From Candidatus Hydrogenedens sp. (lineage in GTDB: Bacteria; Hydrogenedentota; Hydrogenedentia; Hydrogenedentales; Hydrogenedentaceae): 64,000 bases of DNA. Below the pieces are notes generated by a model, which saw only the letters and a list, made by a program, of their open reading frames with translations, ran no database searches and was not told where the DNA came from. The stretch is from assembly GCA_049968235.1 (NCBI GenBank), contig JBMFRC010000009.1, forward strand, positions 64,001 to 128,000. The letters run 5' to 3'. The translations under genes and the position numbers were made by a program. Below, piece by piece: positions 10,620 through 20,185 of the stretch. The stretch's first letter is position 1. Every line of letters starts with the position of its first letter.

Positions 10620-12308
10620 TCATTTCACAGTATTTTGAAAATAATCACAACATTTTTTGATTTTCTTTGTCATTAATGTTGAACGCTCATATCCGCCTCG
10701 ATAAATATTTAATGTCTGTTTTGCCAATTCCAGTGGATTACTTCCTTCCAGATTATCTCGTTCAAATTTCGTAACAAGGGTAATAGGTTTTAAATATGAA
10801 TTTAATTCCCCATAGATTCGTATTTGTTCGTCAATTTCGGATAATAATTTAACCTGTTCACGTGCTTTTATAATCTTGCTATCCGCTATAGTATTTTTTA
10901 ATTGTTCTGTAATATGAATTCCCTGTTTATATTTTCCCGCCAATTCCTCAAAAGAATTTCGAAATTCCTTGTTCCATACCGCAAGAGTTTTTGCATCGGG
11001 AGTATTATAAAATTGGAAAAATTTGTGAAGATTATCCGATTCTGTTTGTTTATGGGGATTCACATTAAGATGTTCCAGCCACATTAACCGATAGGCAAAG
11101 CGTAGAAAATCTTTCTCATCAATTTCTCGACGAATAACGGGATAAAATTGCAGACAACCATCGGGAGCAAATTCCGAGATATGAACATTTACATTATCCA
11201 TATCGGGTGTAAGTTCATGCTGAATTAATTGTTTCTTCTTACGCGTGGAGAAAAGCCAATCAATTGCTTTGAGGACCTGCTCAGGTTGTATCTTATCTAA
11301 AGGATGAACATCGGAAGACTTTGAAGAAATATCCATCTTAAAAGAACGTTCTCTCATTTCGATAGCACAATTTCCTACGCCATAGGGACCTGTTTCGCGA
11401 AAATGCACATAGCCAACAGACACAAGCATTACAGGACATTTTACTGCCGATGCAAGATGCATAGTGCCTGTATCATTGGTTACTAATAAATGGGAGCGTT
11501 TTAATAATCCTGCCAACTGTGGAATGGTCGTTTTACCAAAAAGCGGAATTGCCAGACCGGGAACTTCCTTTTGAAATCTTTGACCCAATTCCGCTTCTGA
11601 TGGAATACCTACAAGAAATATCCGTGCCCTGCACTTTTCATGTAACTTTTTCCCTAATTGTGCAAAATATTCCGCAGGCCAACGTTTATTCGTTTCACTG
11701 GCACCCAGTTGCATACATACAACAAAATCTTCGGGTGTAATATGATACTCCGCAAAGAGATGGTCTGTAAATTCCATTGCATTAGAATTCACCTCAAAGG
11801 TGAGTTCTTTTACAGGTTCGGGTATCGGTTCATAGAGTTTGAATATATCGCATAAGTTCAAATCATTATAATCCCGAGAAAGAACGCTGGTAAAGAAGTA
11901 AACCGTCCACGGTCCCCGTAATGTGAATTGCCAATCTTCGGATAAATGTGCCCCGATAACTTTAGGAATTTGTGCCAATTTTAATAACAAAGCGGAAGAT
12001 GTGCTGTGAGTTATGTTATAAGCAATATCAAAGTTCCGTTGTCGTAAATCAAGAATTAACTTTTCTACCTCTTTGTATGCATTTAAATATCGGTCTGAAT
12101 CTCTCGCAATCATATCGGAGAAAATGGGGTCTTCTTGATAAATAATATAATCATTTACATCCGTATTGGCTTTAATAACCTCTTCACTCATTGCCCGTAT
12201 CATAACAGTAATATGGGCATCTGGATATTTAATACGAATCTGACGGAATAGGGGGGTGGTCTGAATTGTATCGCCAATCCTTGCAGTTTGCAAAACAAGT
12301 ATTTTCAC
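10620..12308 (-). CDS. Glycosyltransferase family 9 (heptosyltransferase-like) with a C-terminal extension of about 220 aa
   Basis: MKILVLQTARIGDTIQTTPLFRQIR..HITVM is the classic GT9 N-terminus; the C-terminal domain is of unknown function. Confidence 0.75.
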   Translation of the reverse strand: MKILVLQTARIGDTIQTTPLFRQIRIKYPDAHITVMIRAMSEEVIKANTDVNDYIIYQEDPIFSDMIARDSDRYLNAYKEVEKLILDLRQRNFDIAYNITHSTSSALLLKLAQIPKVIGAHLSEDWQFTLRGPWTVYFFTSVLSRDYNDLNLCDIFKLYEPIPEPVKELTFEVNSNAMEFTDHLFAEYHITPEDFVVCMQLGASETNKRWPAEYFAQLGKKLHEKCRARIFLVGIPSEAELGQRFQKEVPGLAIPLFGKTTIPQLAGLLKRSHLLVTNDTGTMHLASAVKCPVMLVSVGYVHFRETGPYGVGNCAIEMRERSFKMDISSKSSDVHPLDKIQPEQVLKAIDWLFSTRKKKQLIQHELTPDMDNVNVHISEFAPDGCLQFYPVIRREIDEKDFLRFAYRLMWLEHLNVNPHKQTESDNLHKFFQFYNTPDAKTLAVWNKEFRNSFEELAGKYKQGIHITEQLKNTIADSKIIKAREQVKLLSEIDEQIRIYGELNSYLKPITLVTKFERDNLEGSNPLELAKQTLNIYRGGYERSTLMTKKIKKCCDYFQNTVK

Positions 12309-12310
12309 AG

Positions 12311-14095
12311 TTATTTCTCCCGTAGCAGATTTTCACCAAAAATACGAACTTCATTCAAATACCAGAATACCTGAACAGGTAATGGAACATTATCATCCAG
12401 AATAGGCAAATGTTTATTAATTTCCTCCTGTAAAAAGGGTATGTCCTGAGGTAGTTTTGCAAGCCATTGTCCCAGAGGGCTATCTTTTCCATATCGTTCG
12501 ATGATTTCTCCTACAGTTCTCTGTATACGCATTCCCTTCCTCATGATTTTTCCACCATAATATTCTTTAATATAATCCAACATTTGATTGGCACGGTGCT
12601 CATAAGTATGCTCTTTTAAAGCCCGTTTTTGTGCATTTTGGGCTATCTGCTTTCTTTCTTCTTCATGTTGCAAAAAATAGTCTATTTTATTCCGAAGTGT
12701 TTTTAAGTCTGTATAGGTAGGGATTTCATTTTGAGTATCAAATAAATTTTCTAATCCCTTACAGGGGTCGCAAAGTTGAAATCCACCTGCTGATGCAATT
12801 TCAAATACGCGGGGATTGATAGCATCAGCCTCCGGGTCAACTCCTTCATGAATGACACTGGAATGAAGGTTTAGGTTAATCTTTGACCCAGCCACAATTT
12901 TCATATATTCTTCTGTATTAAACCCTTTATTCCCTTCTACCACATGAGGGAGCAATTCTAATTCATTCCAGTTTACTCCCCATATTTTTAAGTTGTAATC
13001 AGTTAGTCCTTTTAACATCTTAATACGATTATAATATCCTGCCCCTGCAAAGGATAAATCACACCTGTATTTTTTCTCTTCGTCTGGACTTAAAGAGACA
13101 GGTGCATGAAGTTCCGGATCACATGCGGTAAATATAGGGAAATGGCAATTACAACCAATAGCATCCAATTTGTTATCAAACTCTCCGGGTTGAATATGAA
13201 AAAATAAATTATAAAAAGGTGCTATTTCTTTCCAGTAACTAAGGTGCCGCCAGTTCTCCACAAACCAGAATGCAGTTACAATTCCTCGTTCATTCAATCT
13301 TGAAACAAATAAGTTTGTAACGGGAGCCTGCGCCATAACAATACAAATCTCCGGCTGAAATTCTAATACTTGAGCCAGGCACCATTCAGAAAGAAACTTT
13401 GTATAGAAATCTTCAAGCGAATGAGCAATTCGGGTTGTTTTCAGAGTTTTGCCGATAGCATTAAAGACATTCCACGCTATTTCAGTATCTACAAGAAGTG
13501 TTTGATGACCCAATTTCCGAAAAGCCTGATTTAAATATCGAGTAATAGGAAGAGAACCTCCATACATAGGACCTACAATGGCAATGTTGAAGTGTTGTCG
13601 GTTGAAGCATTCCCGGGATATTCGTTTAATTAACATTTCGCAAAATTCAGGATAAATCCGACTTACAACAGGATGGAAAAAAGGTTGAGGTATTTTATCA
13701 AGATAATCATTGAAGAAAGAATCATTAAAAAGGCAATCTAATGTATCAGGAATGGCAAGTAATAGGTCATCAGGTAATAGATTATTTTGAATGGCTGTAA
13801 ATGCTACGTCTTTATCGGGTTCAATGACAATAATTTTATATTCTTTCTGAATGAGTTCCTGGATATGATAACCCAATCCCAGCCCAACAACAACTACAGG
13901 CCGCTTTTTATCCAGAGAAGAACCTTCTACTAATTTTTTGGCTTCCTCTATGGGATTGTATTGGCTGTGATAAAGAAGTCCTGTTATACGAATTGTTTTT
14001 ATACCTTTGCGTTTTTCGACCAATTCAACGCGTTCACTCCTATAATTTTCAGGAATTTCTTTTCTCCATTCTGCAATAGATTTAAACATCTTCAT
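12311..14095 (-). CDS. Maf-like (DUF115/MptE-like) protein fused to a CgeB-type glycosyltransferase domain
   Basis: The N-terminal region resembles motility-accessory-factor/DUF115 proteins; the C-terminal region resembles CgeB/Glyco_trans_1_2 (…KEHTYEHRANQMLDYI). Confidence 0.55.
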   Translation of the reverse strand: MKMFKSIAEWRKEIPENYRSERVELVEKRKGIKTIRITGLLYHSQYNPIEEAKKLVEGSSLDKKRPVVVVGLGLGYHIQELIQKEYKIIVIEPDKDVAFTAIQNNLLPDDLLLAIPDTLDCLFNDSFFNDYLDKIPQPFFHPVVSRIYPEFCEMLIKRISRECFNRQHFNIAIVGPMYGGSLPITRYLNQAFRKLGHQTLLVDTEIAWNVFNAIGKTLKTTRIAHSLEDFYTKFLSEWCLAQVLEFQPEICIVMAQAPVTNLFVSRLNERGIVTAFWFVENWRHLSYWKEIAPFYNLFFHIQPGEFDNKLDAIGCNCHFPIFTACDPELHAPVSLSPDEEKKYRCDLSFAGAGYYNRIKMLKGLTDYNLKIWGVNWNELELLPHVVEGNKGFNTEEYMKIVAGSKINLNLHSSVIHEGVDPEADAINPRVFEIASAGGFQLCDPCKGLENLFDTQNEIPTYTDLKTLRNKIDYFLQHEEERKQIAQNAQKRALKEHTYEHRANQMLDYIKEYYGGKIMRKGMRIQRTVGEIIERYGKDSPLGQWLAKLPQDIPFLQEEINKHLPILDDNVPLPVQVFWYLNEVRIFGENLLREK

Positions 14096-14120
14096 AAGAT
14101 ATGCCTCTTACTTCAATCTT

Positions 14121-17100
14121 TCATAATGATTCCAATCGTTTTAATTCCTTTCCCAGTACATTATCACTCCCAAATAACGCTATATGCTCCTTTATCATAT
14201 TTACTGCTTCCTTTACCCTGTGATGTTGAGATAGGAAAGTCGAATACTTCAGGATAAGTGAAACATCTCCGGGGTAGAAATCTATAAACGCTTTAATTGT
14301 TTGTTCCGCAGATTCGATATAGCCTAATTGTTCGCATACATAAATATATAGGTCAAGAATCCCCGGATAATCATAACTGTTCGAAAAGGCATAATTTAAG
14401 TGTTTATAAGATTCGTGCATATTCCCTGATTGTAAATATCCCTGTCCCATGGCAAGGTGCAGACGAATATTCTCAGGTTCTTCTTGGAATACTTTTCCCA
14501 ATAATTCTAACGCTGTTTGCGTTTGATTCATTGCTAATAATAGCAGTCCATAATCTATATGTAATTCATTATTTTTTTCAATTTCTAATGCTTTCAGATA
14601 ACATTCTTGTGCTTTTACAAGGTTACCCGTGTGAGCATACGCTTTCCCTTCAATACTGTATCGTTTCCATAGAGGCAAGTCGCTTTCTGTTTTTGCAAGT
14701 TCAAATAACAGGTCCGTTCTCCCTGCTTCCAATAATTTGCGAACCTGTTCATTGATTTCATTTATATCCGAAGGGAGTTTTTGTGCAATAACGATATATT
14801 GGAAGGTGCGGAACACCTCATATTCTTCGTCGCTGATTTTATCAATACAAATTTTACCCATGTGTAAATTCCCATTTTCATCACGGGGTATTATGTCCTC
14901 AGATGCTATGGAAAGAGGTCCAATAGCATTAATCAGGAGACCTGTTTTACGAATAAATTCTTGTAAAGTATCTCTCGTGTAAAATTTCAAATGAGTTATA
15001 TCCTGAATTCCGGAATCACGATAGTCCCACCTCCCAAGAGATAAACCAAAAATAACACCCCAATATTGGACATTAGGAATGCTGATGATAACATAACCAT
15101 ACGGTTTTAGATAACGAATTAAATTTCGCAATGCTTTCTCGGGGTGTTCTGTATGTTCTAATACATCACAACAGGTAATTACATCAAAATAATCATTTTC
15201 AAATGGGAAATCATCCTTCTCAATATTTCCAATAAAAACTTTATCTAAAACCTTTTTGGCAATTTCAGCAATGTCAGGTACAATTTCTATTCCTACCACT
15301 TCCTCCACACCCAATTCACGTTTCATTGCTAATCCAAAATTCCCTGTAGCACAGCCAATATCGAGAACCTTTTTTGTCCCATCGGGAATATATTTTAAGA
15401 CCTCTCTTCTCTCAGAAGAGTAATAGTTTATAGGTTTAATTTCCAATCGTTTCGCTTTTGTTGTATCAATCTTGAAAATTTCCTCTACCTTCTTAATAAT
15501 CTGTTGGCACCTATGGTAATAAGTATGACTCTCTAATACCTTTTGTTGTCCCTGCCTTGCGATTTGCTCTCGTTCCTCTTTATGCTCCAGATAATACCGA
15601 ATTTTTTCAATTAAGTCCTTTTCATTTTCATAAATAACAAGATCTTTACCATCCTCAAACAATTCCAGAATACTATCTGCAGGGTCTGTAACTAGTAAAG
15701 CACCTCCTGCCATACCTTCAAATACTCTCATGTTTAAATCGTAATTAATTGCAGAATTCACAACAATTTTACTTCTTGAATACACTTCCCCCATTTCAAG
15801 AGGCCATTTTTTACCAATATAATGATTTGGAAATATTTCGGCTACTTTCATTAATAACCTTCTTCTTTTATCTCCTTCATCAGGCGATAAACTACCTACA
15901 TAAGAAACATCTATGTCACGAGACAATTCTTTTTGGGGATATAGTTCAGGACAACATGCAAGAGGTAGCCAGAAGACATAACGGACACCCTGCTCCTTAA
16001 AAAGTTTGACATGACTTTGTTGAGCCAGAAACACAATGTCAAAATGCTTTGCTATTTCCAACCGTGTTTGAAAGTCCAGGTGGGTATCAATAAGATACGC
16101 CACACGAGGAATATTGAGCATGTCTATCATAGGGTCAACTGTTTTAAGACCGGAATCAACATAGATATAAAAATCTGATGGATATCCTGATGGAATACCT
16201 GCTAAAAGATTCTCTATGCGTTTATCGCCAAAGGAGGTAGGAATCCTTTGCGGAGGATATGGTGGAGGATTTTGAAATCCCCACTTATATAACAAATCTT
16301 CAGGACATCGAAAACCCGATGTTATAACATCATGGTCTTTTTCAAAGGCAAATTCAAAATATCGGGCTGTTGTGTGGGGTGAAGTTATATAATCTAATAT
16401 AATGCGATAGTGCTTTTTCGCTGTTGATGGTTTTGTTATCTGAATAGAAGTGGTTTCTTTTCCACTTTGTTTCAATATTATCTTCTGCCAATTATCAACA
16501 AATTGAGATATAGGAAATTTCTTTTGAACAGTTTCTCTACCTCGTGTTCCTATTTCCCTGGCTAAGTCCGGATTTCCTAAGAGGAGTTCCAGATATTTGC
16601 GTAGCTGTGCTGGGTCAAAAGAAGTAAAGCCATCTACTCCATTTGTAATAGGAGAAGAACGATTGTTTAGAGCAACCACTGGCATACCACAAGCCATTGC
16701 CTCTAATGTAGAAAGATTATATCCATCTTCAAATTCCTGACGGGTGATATGTAATAGACAGCGGTTCAAACGATATGCAGACAGCAATTCTTCAAAGTTT
16801 ATAGATGGCTTTGAATTTTCAACCCCCGGATTTTCTCCCACAATAATATTGGGTAATCCCTTGCAGAGAGCCTCCTGTAATGGGAAATCAAACATCCAGT
16901 TCCGCACCTGCATATAATTGCCTACTCGCAAAATTACTTCTTTACTCCCCGCATAGCCTCCATATTCTTCTATATCAATTCCGGGTAGAACCACATACCC
17001 CGGATAACCATAATCATCTCTTTTAGAAGGGGAAATAAATACGAAAGTGAATCGTTCAGATAGGATATTTATGACCTTCTCAAAATTATTAACAACAAAA

Positions 17101-17426
17101 ACATCGTTCTTTGGGAGTGTTGTTTTCAGATAGGTTTTTCTGTTATGACATACAAGAATTTTAGGGCAATTTGCTTCGCGAATATCCCAGGCATTTGTTT
17201 CATTATGTGCAATAACAATATCATAATAGCCTTTAAAAACTCGTTCCCGCCACTCATTTTCAGGGACTTCATGTAAATTTTCAGGTATAGGTCGAAATTC
17301 CGTTTTCCACTTTCGAGCAAGCAGTCCCTCGCTATATAACCCCAAATCCATCTCAAACCCTGTTTTTGCCATCAAACACATGTAAGGCTCATGAAAATTA
17401 AAGGTTAAGATTTTAAGTTGTCCCAT
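14121..17426 (-). CDS. 1101-aa multidomain protein: GT-B glycosyltransferase, CgeB-like glycosyltransferase, class I SAM methyltransferase and C-terminal TPR repeats
   Basis: GT4-like EAMACGMPVV motif; CgeB-like segment (VGSLSPDEGDKRRRLL..., ESHTYYHRCQQII); methyltransferase motif I VLDIGCATG; TPR-like helices at the C-terminus. Confidence 0.7.
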   Translation of the reverse strand: MGQLKILTFNFHEPYMCLMAKTGFEMDLGLYSEGLLARKWKTEFRPIPENLHEVPENEWRERVFKGYYDIVIAHNETNAWDIREANCPKILVCHNRKTYLKTTLPKNDVFVVNNFEKVINILSERFTFVFISPSKRDDYGYPGYVVLPGIDIEEYGGYAGSKEVILRVGNYMQVRNWMFDFPLQEALCKGLPNIIVGENPGVENSKPSINFEELLSAYRLNRCLLHITRQEFEDGYNLSTLEAMACGMPVVALNNRSSPITNGVDGFTSFDPAQLRKYLELLLGNPDLAREIGTRGRETVQKKFPISQFVDNWQKIILKQSGKETTSIQITKPSTAKKHYRIILDYITSPHTTARYFEFAFEKDHDVITSGFRCPEDLLYKWGFQNPPPYPPQRIPTSFGDKRIENLLAGIPSGYPSDFYIYVDSGLKTVDPMIDMLNIPRVAYLIDTHLDFQTRLEIAKHFDIVFLAQQSHVKLFKEQGVRYVFWLPLACCPELYPQKELSRDIDVSYVGSLSPDEGDKRRRLLMKVAEIFPNHYIGKKWPLEMGEVYSRSKIVVNSAINYDLNMRVFEGMAGGALLVTDPADSILELFEDGKDLVIYENEKDLIEKIRYYLEHKEEREQIARQGQQKVLESHTYYHRCQQIIKKVEEIFKIDTTKAKRLEIKPINYYSSERREVLKYIPDGTKKVLDIGCATGNFGLAMKRELGVEEVVGIEIVPDIAEIAKKVLDKVFIGNIEKDDFPFENDYFDVITCCDVLEHTEHPEKALRNLIRYLKPYGYVIISIPNVQYWGVIFGLSLGRWDYRDSGIQDITHLKFYTRDTLQEFIRKTGLLINAIGPLSIASEDIIPRDENGNLHMGKICIDKISDEEYEVFRTFQYIVIAQKLPSDINEINEQVRKLLEAGRTDLLFELAKTESDLPLWKRYSIEGKAYAHTGNLVKAQECYLKALEIEKNNELHIDYGLLLLAMNQTQTALELLGKVFQEEPENIRLHLAMGQGYLQSGNMHESYKHLNYAFSNSYDYPGILDLYIYVCEQLGYIESAEQTIKAFIDFYPGDVSLILKYSTFLSQHHRVKEAVNMIKEHIALFGSDNVLGKELKRLESL

Positions 17427-17465
17427 GTTTCCTTTCTATTCTTTTATCTATGAAAATTAAACATT

Positions 17466-18101
17466 TTAGGTTGTTTTAATAATATATTGGATTGCCAATT
17501 GTTTTAACTGACCCACGATTTCAGGTTCTTTTTCTGCAAGAGGAGCTAATTCATATTCCAGCAAGTCCCCAAGACCAATACAATCGTTATTTTCGAGAGA
17601 TTTATATGCTTCCTCAAGAACATGATTCAATTCGTCATGATGTTCTTTTATCTTCCTTATAATAGGATTCTCTTCCGTTACATGGGAACTCAATATATTG
17701 ATTATAAGTGCCTCTCTTTTTTTAATTTCACTCCATATCTCCGAAAGTTTCTGAAAAGGGTCAAATCCTTCATCCGGATTTTCACTCTGAAATACCCGAG
17801 CAATTTCACAACATAAATCACTTAATTCCGGTGAATATAATTCCAAATCCGCAATACCTTCCTCCACCAATTGGTAAATTGGATAGGTATTAATTTCTAA
17901 TGTCCGTATATTAGAGATATTCATTTCTTGAATAGATTCTAATGACCTACCGGGATATACTTCTTGCTCATTAACTCTTAACTTTACCATTGCCAGTTGT
18001 TGACTATTAAGAAAATTCATAATCTCGTTCAGAGCCGATTGAAGTGTATCCGGCGAATTGGAAAATTGAAATCCTTTTACTCCATCAATGAGCACTTCCA
18101 T
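17466..18101 (-). CDS. Hypothetical acidic protein translationally coupled to csrA (its start overlaps the csrA 3' end)
   Basis: An ATG at 18101 gives [10 protein letters not shown]...; 17 nt overlap with csrA; no recognisable domain. Confidence 0.4.
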   Translation of the reverse strand: MEVLIDGVKGFQFSNSPDTLQSALNEIMNFLNSQQLAMVKLRVNEQEVYPGRSLESIQEMNISNIRTLEINTYPIYQLVEEGIADLELYSPELSDLCCEIARVFQSENPDEGFDPFQKLSEIWSEIKKREALIINILSSHVTEENPIIRKIKEHHDELNHVLEEAYKSLENNDCIGLGDLLEYELAPLAEKEPEIVGQLKQLAIQYIIKTT

Positions 18102-18336
18102 CACGGGGGTCTCCTTTGTTGGGTTGGAAAACGGGAATATCCTTCGGGGGTTCTACCCGTGCTGCCTCTTCATTTTCCGCTTTGATTGATAGATATACCT
18201 CTTTCCGATGAACAGGAATAGAACGCGGTGCTTCTATCCCTATTTTGACCTGATTTTCCCGTAATTCAAGCACTTTGATTTCGATATTATCGCCAATCAT
18301 TATGCTTTCATCTTCCTTACGCGTAAGCACAAGCAT
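18085..18336 (-). CDS. csrA: Carbon storage regulator CsrA (RNA-binding)
   Basis: [48 protein letters not shown] matches the CsrA consensus. A GGAGG RBS sits inside the fliW 3' end, with one nt between the fliW stop and the csrA ATG. The listed ORF's N-terminal extension was rejected. Confidence 0.85.
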   Translation of the reverse strand: MLVLTRKEDESIMIGDNIEIKVLELRENQVKIGIEAPRSIPVHRKEVYLSIKAENEEAARVEPPKDIPVFQPNKGDPRDGSAH

Positions 18337-18337
18337 A

Positions 18338-18796
18338 TTAGACCTCCTGTCTATTAGTTGGTTGTTCATTTTGGGGTTGCGCAAGGAACCATTGAACAGG
18401 GTAATCCGTTCTGTCCAATACCATTTGCTTTGCTAACCTTGTTTTTGTATTTATTACAATGGGGGCTCTTAAATTTGTCCGGATTTTGGTCGGGTCTTCC
18501 GGAACCACAAGTAATGTATATATGGAAATCTCCTGAGGAGAATCGGCTTGTAATTCATGTAAATCCTGGGGAGTAAAAGAAACCTGATAATCTGGCAAAA
18601 CCTGCAAAGGTTCTAACAAAAGAAAAGCCAATGCACCATCTTCTATAGACTGAAGCCACCAAAGAGGGCTATCTTTAGGTCCTGGCAATAACATAAACTT
18701 CTGACAATTCTGAAATCCTAAAATAGGTTTTACAAATAGAAGAATTTGATTCTCATCAATTTCTATCTCACCGAATCGTGTTGTTTGTAGTTTCAT
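18338..18796 (-). CDS. fliW: Flagellar assembly factor FliW (CsrA antagonist)
   Basis: [23 protein letters not shown] matches the FliW N-terminal consensus. The start was taken at the internal ATG at 18796; the upstream extension of the listed ORF is AT-rich and hydrophobic and is likely not coding. Confidence 0.8.
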   Translation of the reverse strand: MKLQTTRFGEIEIDENQILLFVKPILGFQNCQKFMLLPGPKDSPLWWLQSIEDGALAFLLLEPLQVLPDYQVSFTPQDLHELQADSPQEISIYTLLVVPEDPTKIRTNLRAPIVINTKTRLAKQMVLDRTDYPVQWFLAQPQNEQPTNRQEV

Positions 18797-19076
18797 ATAA
18801 TTCTGTTCATTCCTTTTTGTTTTCAGTATGCAATATTTTATTTTACAATAACAACTCATTATTATAAAAATGTGTAATATCAAATAAACATTTGTAAAAT
18901 ATATCGATATATAATATAATTTACACTTAAATGTTAACATCAAGGAAGTAGTGTGTTTGGAGAAGAAAACCAGATATTGATAAAGGAGATGTTAAGATGC
19001 GACATACTGAAAAAGTAAATGATTAAAAAGAATATAATGCGTTTAAAGAACTTATAAAAGAAAACTTATCAAGGCA

Positions 19077-19367
19077 GTGGATGATGAGGATTATGAACGG
19101 TTGAAGTTCATATTCTCTATGTTAGAAATGCTTTTCCAGATAAAGGAAAGACTTAATATTTCAGAGAAAGAGAGCAATGAGTTTGATGAACAAGAATTAG
19201 AAGTGATAGAGACGGAAACAGGCAAAGATGTTAAAAAGAACAGAAAGAAAAGAAGTAAACCCTCAGAGGATAAAAAGGATGAAATTCAAGAAACGAAAGA
19301 AGATATGGGTAAAGAAAATATAATTGAAGAAGAGGAAGATGTAATTAAAAAAGAAGCGGTAACATAG
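19077..19367 (+). CDS. Small acidic/lysine-rich low-complexity protein; possibly the N-terminal part of the downstream gene, separated from it by an in-frame TAG
   Basis: GTG start; K/E-rich; the same reading frame continues through TAG(19365-67) into the Mrr_N-like ORF. Confidence 0.3.
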   Translation: MDDEDYERLKFIFSMLEMLFQIKERLNISEKESNEFDEQELEVIETETGKDVKKNRKKRSKPSEDKKDEIQETKEDMGKENIIEEEEDVIKKEAVT

Positions 19368-19460
19368 GAAGAGGAGAAATCATCAAAGAAAAAGCAATCT
19401 CCACCAGAGAAATTAGCTCGCGGTTTAAAAACACCTGAAAGAGCCTATGTCCTACCGGTA

Positions 19461-19868
19461 GTGGATTCCTTAATGGAATTTGGGGGAACTGCTCCTCGAA
19501 AAGAAGTTGTCACAAGGGTATTTGAAAAAATGAAACATATCTTAAAAGATTATGATTTAGAACCCATGTCATACAATAAATATGTCCCTCGCTGGAAAGA
19601 TACTTTACATTGGGTAAGATTACACTTACTTGAAAGGGGAATCCTTGAGAAAGGAACTGAAAAAGGTATTTGGACTTTAACAGAATATGGTAAAGCCTAT
19701 TACGCTATGCACAAAGATAGAACAGAAGAAAAGAAAGAGGTTGATATTCCTCCATACTCCGAAAAAAGTGAAGAAATGACTAGTGAAGGAACTTTTTCTG
19801 CTCCCGAAAAGCAGGAAGAAAATATAGAACATAACATTAGTGAACCAAGAGATATCTTAAATCAGTAG
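19461..19868 (+). CDS. Winged-helix protein with an Mrr_N-like (restriction-system N-terminal) domain
   Basis: …RWKDTLHWVRLHLLERGILEKGTEKGIWTLTEYGKAY resembles Mrr_N winged-helix domains. Domain-like sequence (AYVLPVVDSLMEFGG) begins upstream of the listed Met. Confidence 0.5.
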   Translation: MDSLMEFGGTAPRKEVVTRVFEKMKHILKDYDLEPMSYNKYVPRWKDTLHWVRLHLLERGILEKGTEKGIWTLTEYGKAYYAMHKDRTEEKKEVDIPPYSEKSEEMTSEGTFSAPEKQEENIEHNISEPRDILNQ

Positions 19869-19960
19869 ATAGAAATTATAGAATAAAAAATAAATCCCGA
19901 TAATTTTACCTCTTTCCCAGAAATACAATCCTTTATTGACATGAAAGTATATCCATAAAA

Positions 19961-19990
19961 AAGCCTCTCGTAAAAAGAGAGGCTTTTTTA
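19961..19990. terminator. Bidirectional rho-independent terminator hairpin
   Basis: aaaagcctctc-gtaaaaa-gagaggctttttta: a GC-rich stem with a T-run on both strands, lying between the convergent Mrr_N-like gene and tRNA-Leu. Confidence 0.7.
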
Positions 19991-20077
19991 TGGTGCCCGG
20001 GAGGAGAATTGAACTCCTACCCCATTTCTGGGACCAGATCCTTAGTCTGGCGCGTCTGCCATTTCCGCCACCCGGGC
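19991..20077 (-). tRNA. tRNA-Leu, type II (long variable arm); the anticodon loop CUAAGGA reads as anticodon AAG
   Basis: Manual fold of the reverse complement: acceptor GCCCGGG/CCCGGGC, D-arm GGCGGAAATGGCAGACGCG, anticodon stem CCAGA/TCTGG, 14-nt variable arm, T-arm AGGAG-TTCAATT-CTCCT, discriminator A, encoded CCA. Confidence 0.8.
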
Positions 20078-20185
20078 GCATATATTTGAAAAGTGTTTAA
20101 ATTCTATAACAAACAGCAGAAAAATTTAAAGTTAAGGTTCCTTTTAATGTCAGACCTATCGTACTCGTTAGTTTCGTCAGATTTA

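Noticed and set aside
18797-18943. N-terminal 49-aa extension of the fliW ORF (MMLTFKCKLYYISIYF...)
   Set aside because: The extension is AT-rich hydrophobic filler with no similarity to FliW. The canonical FliW N-terminus ([14 protein letters not shown]) begins at the internal ATG.
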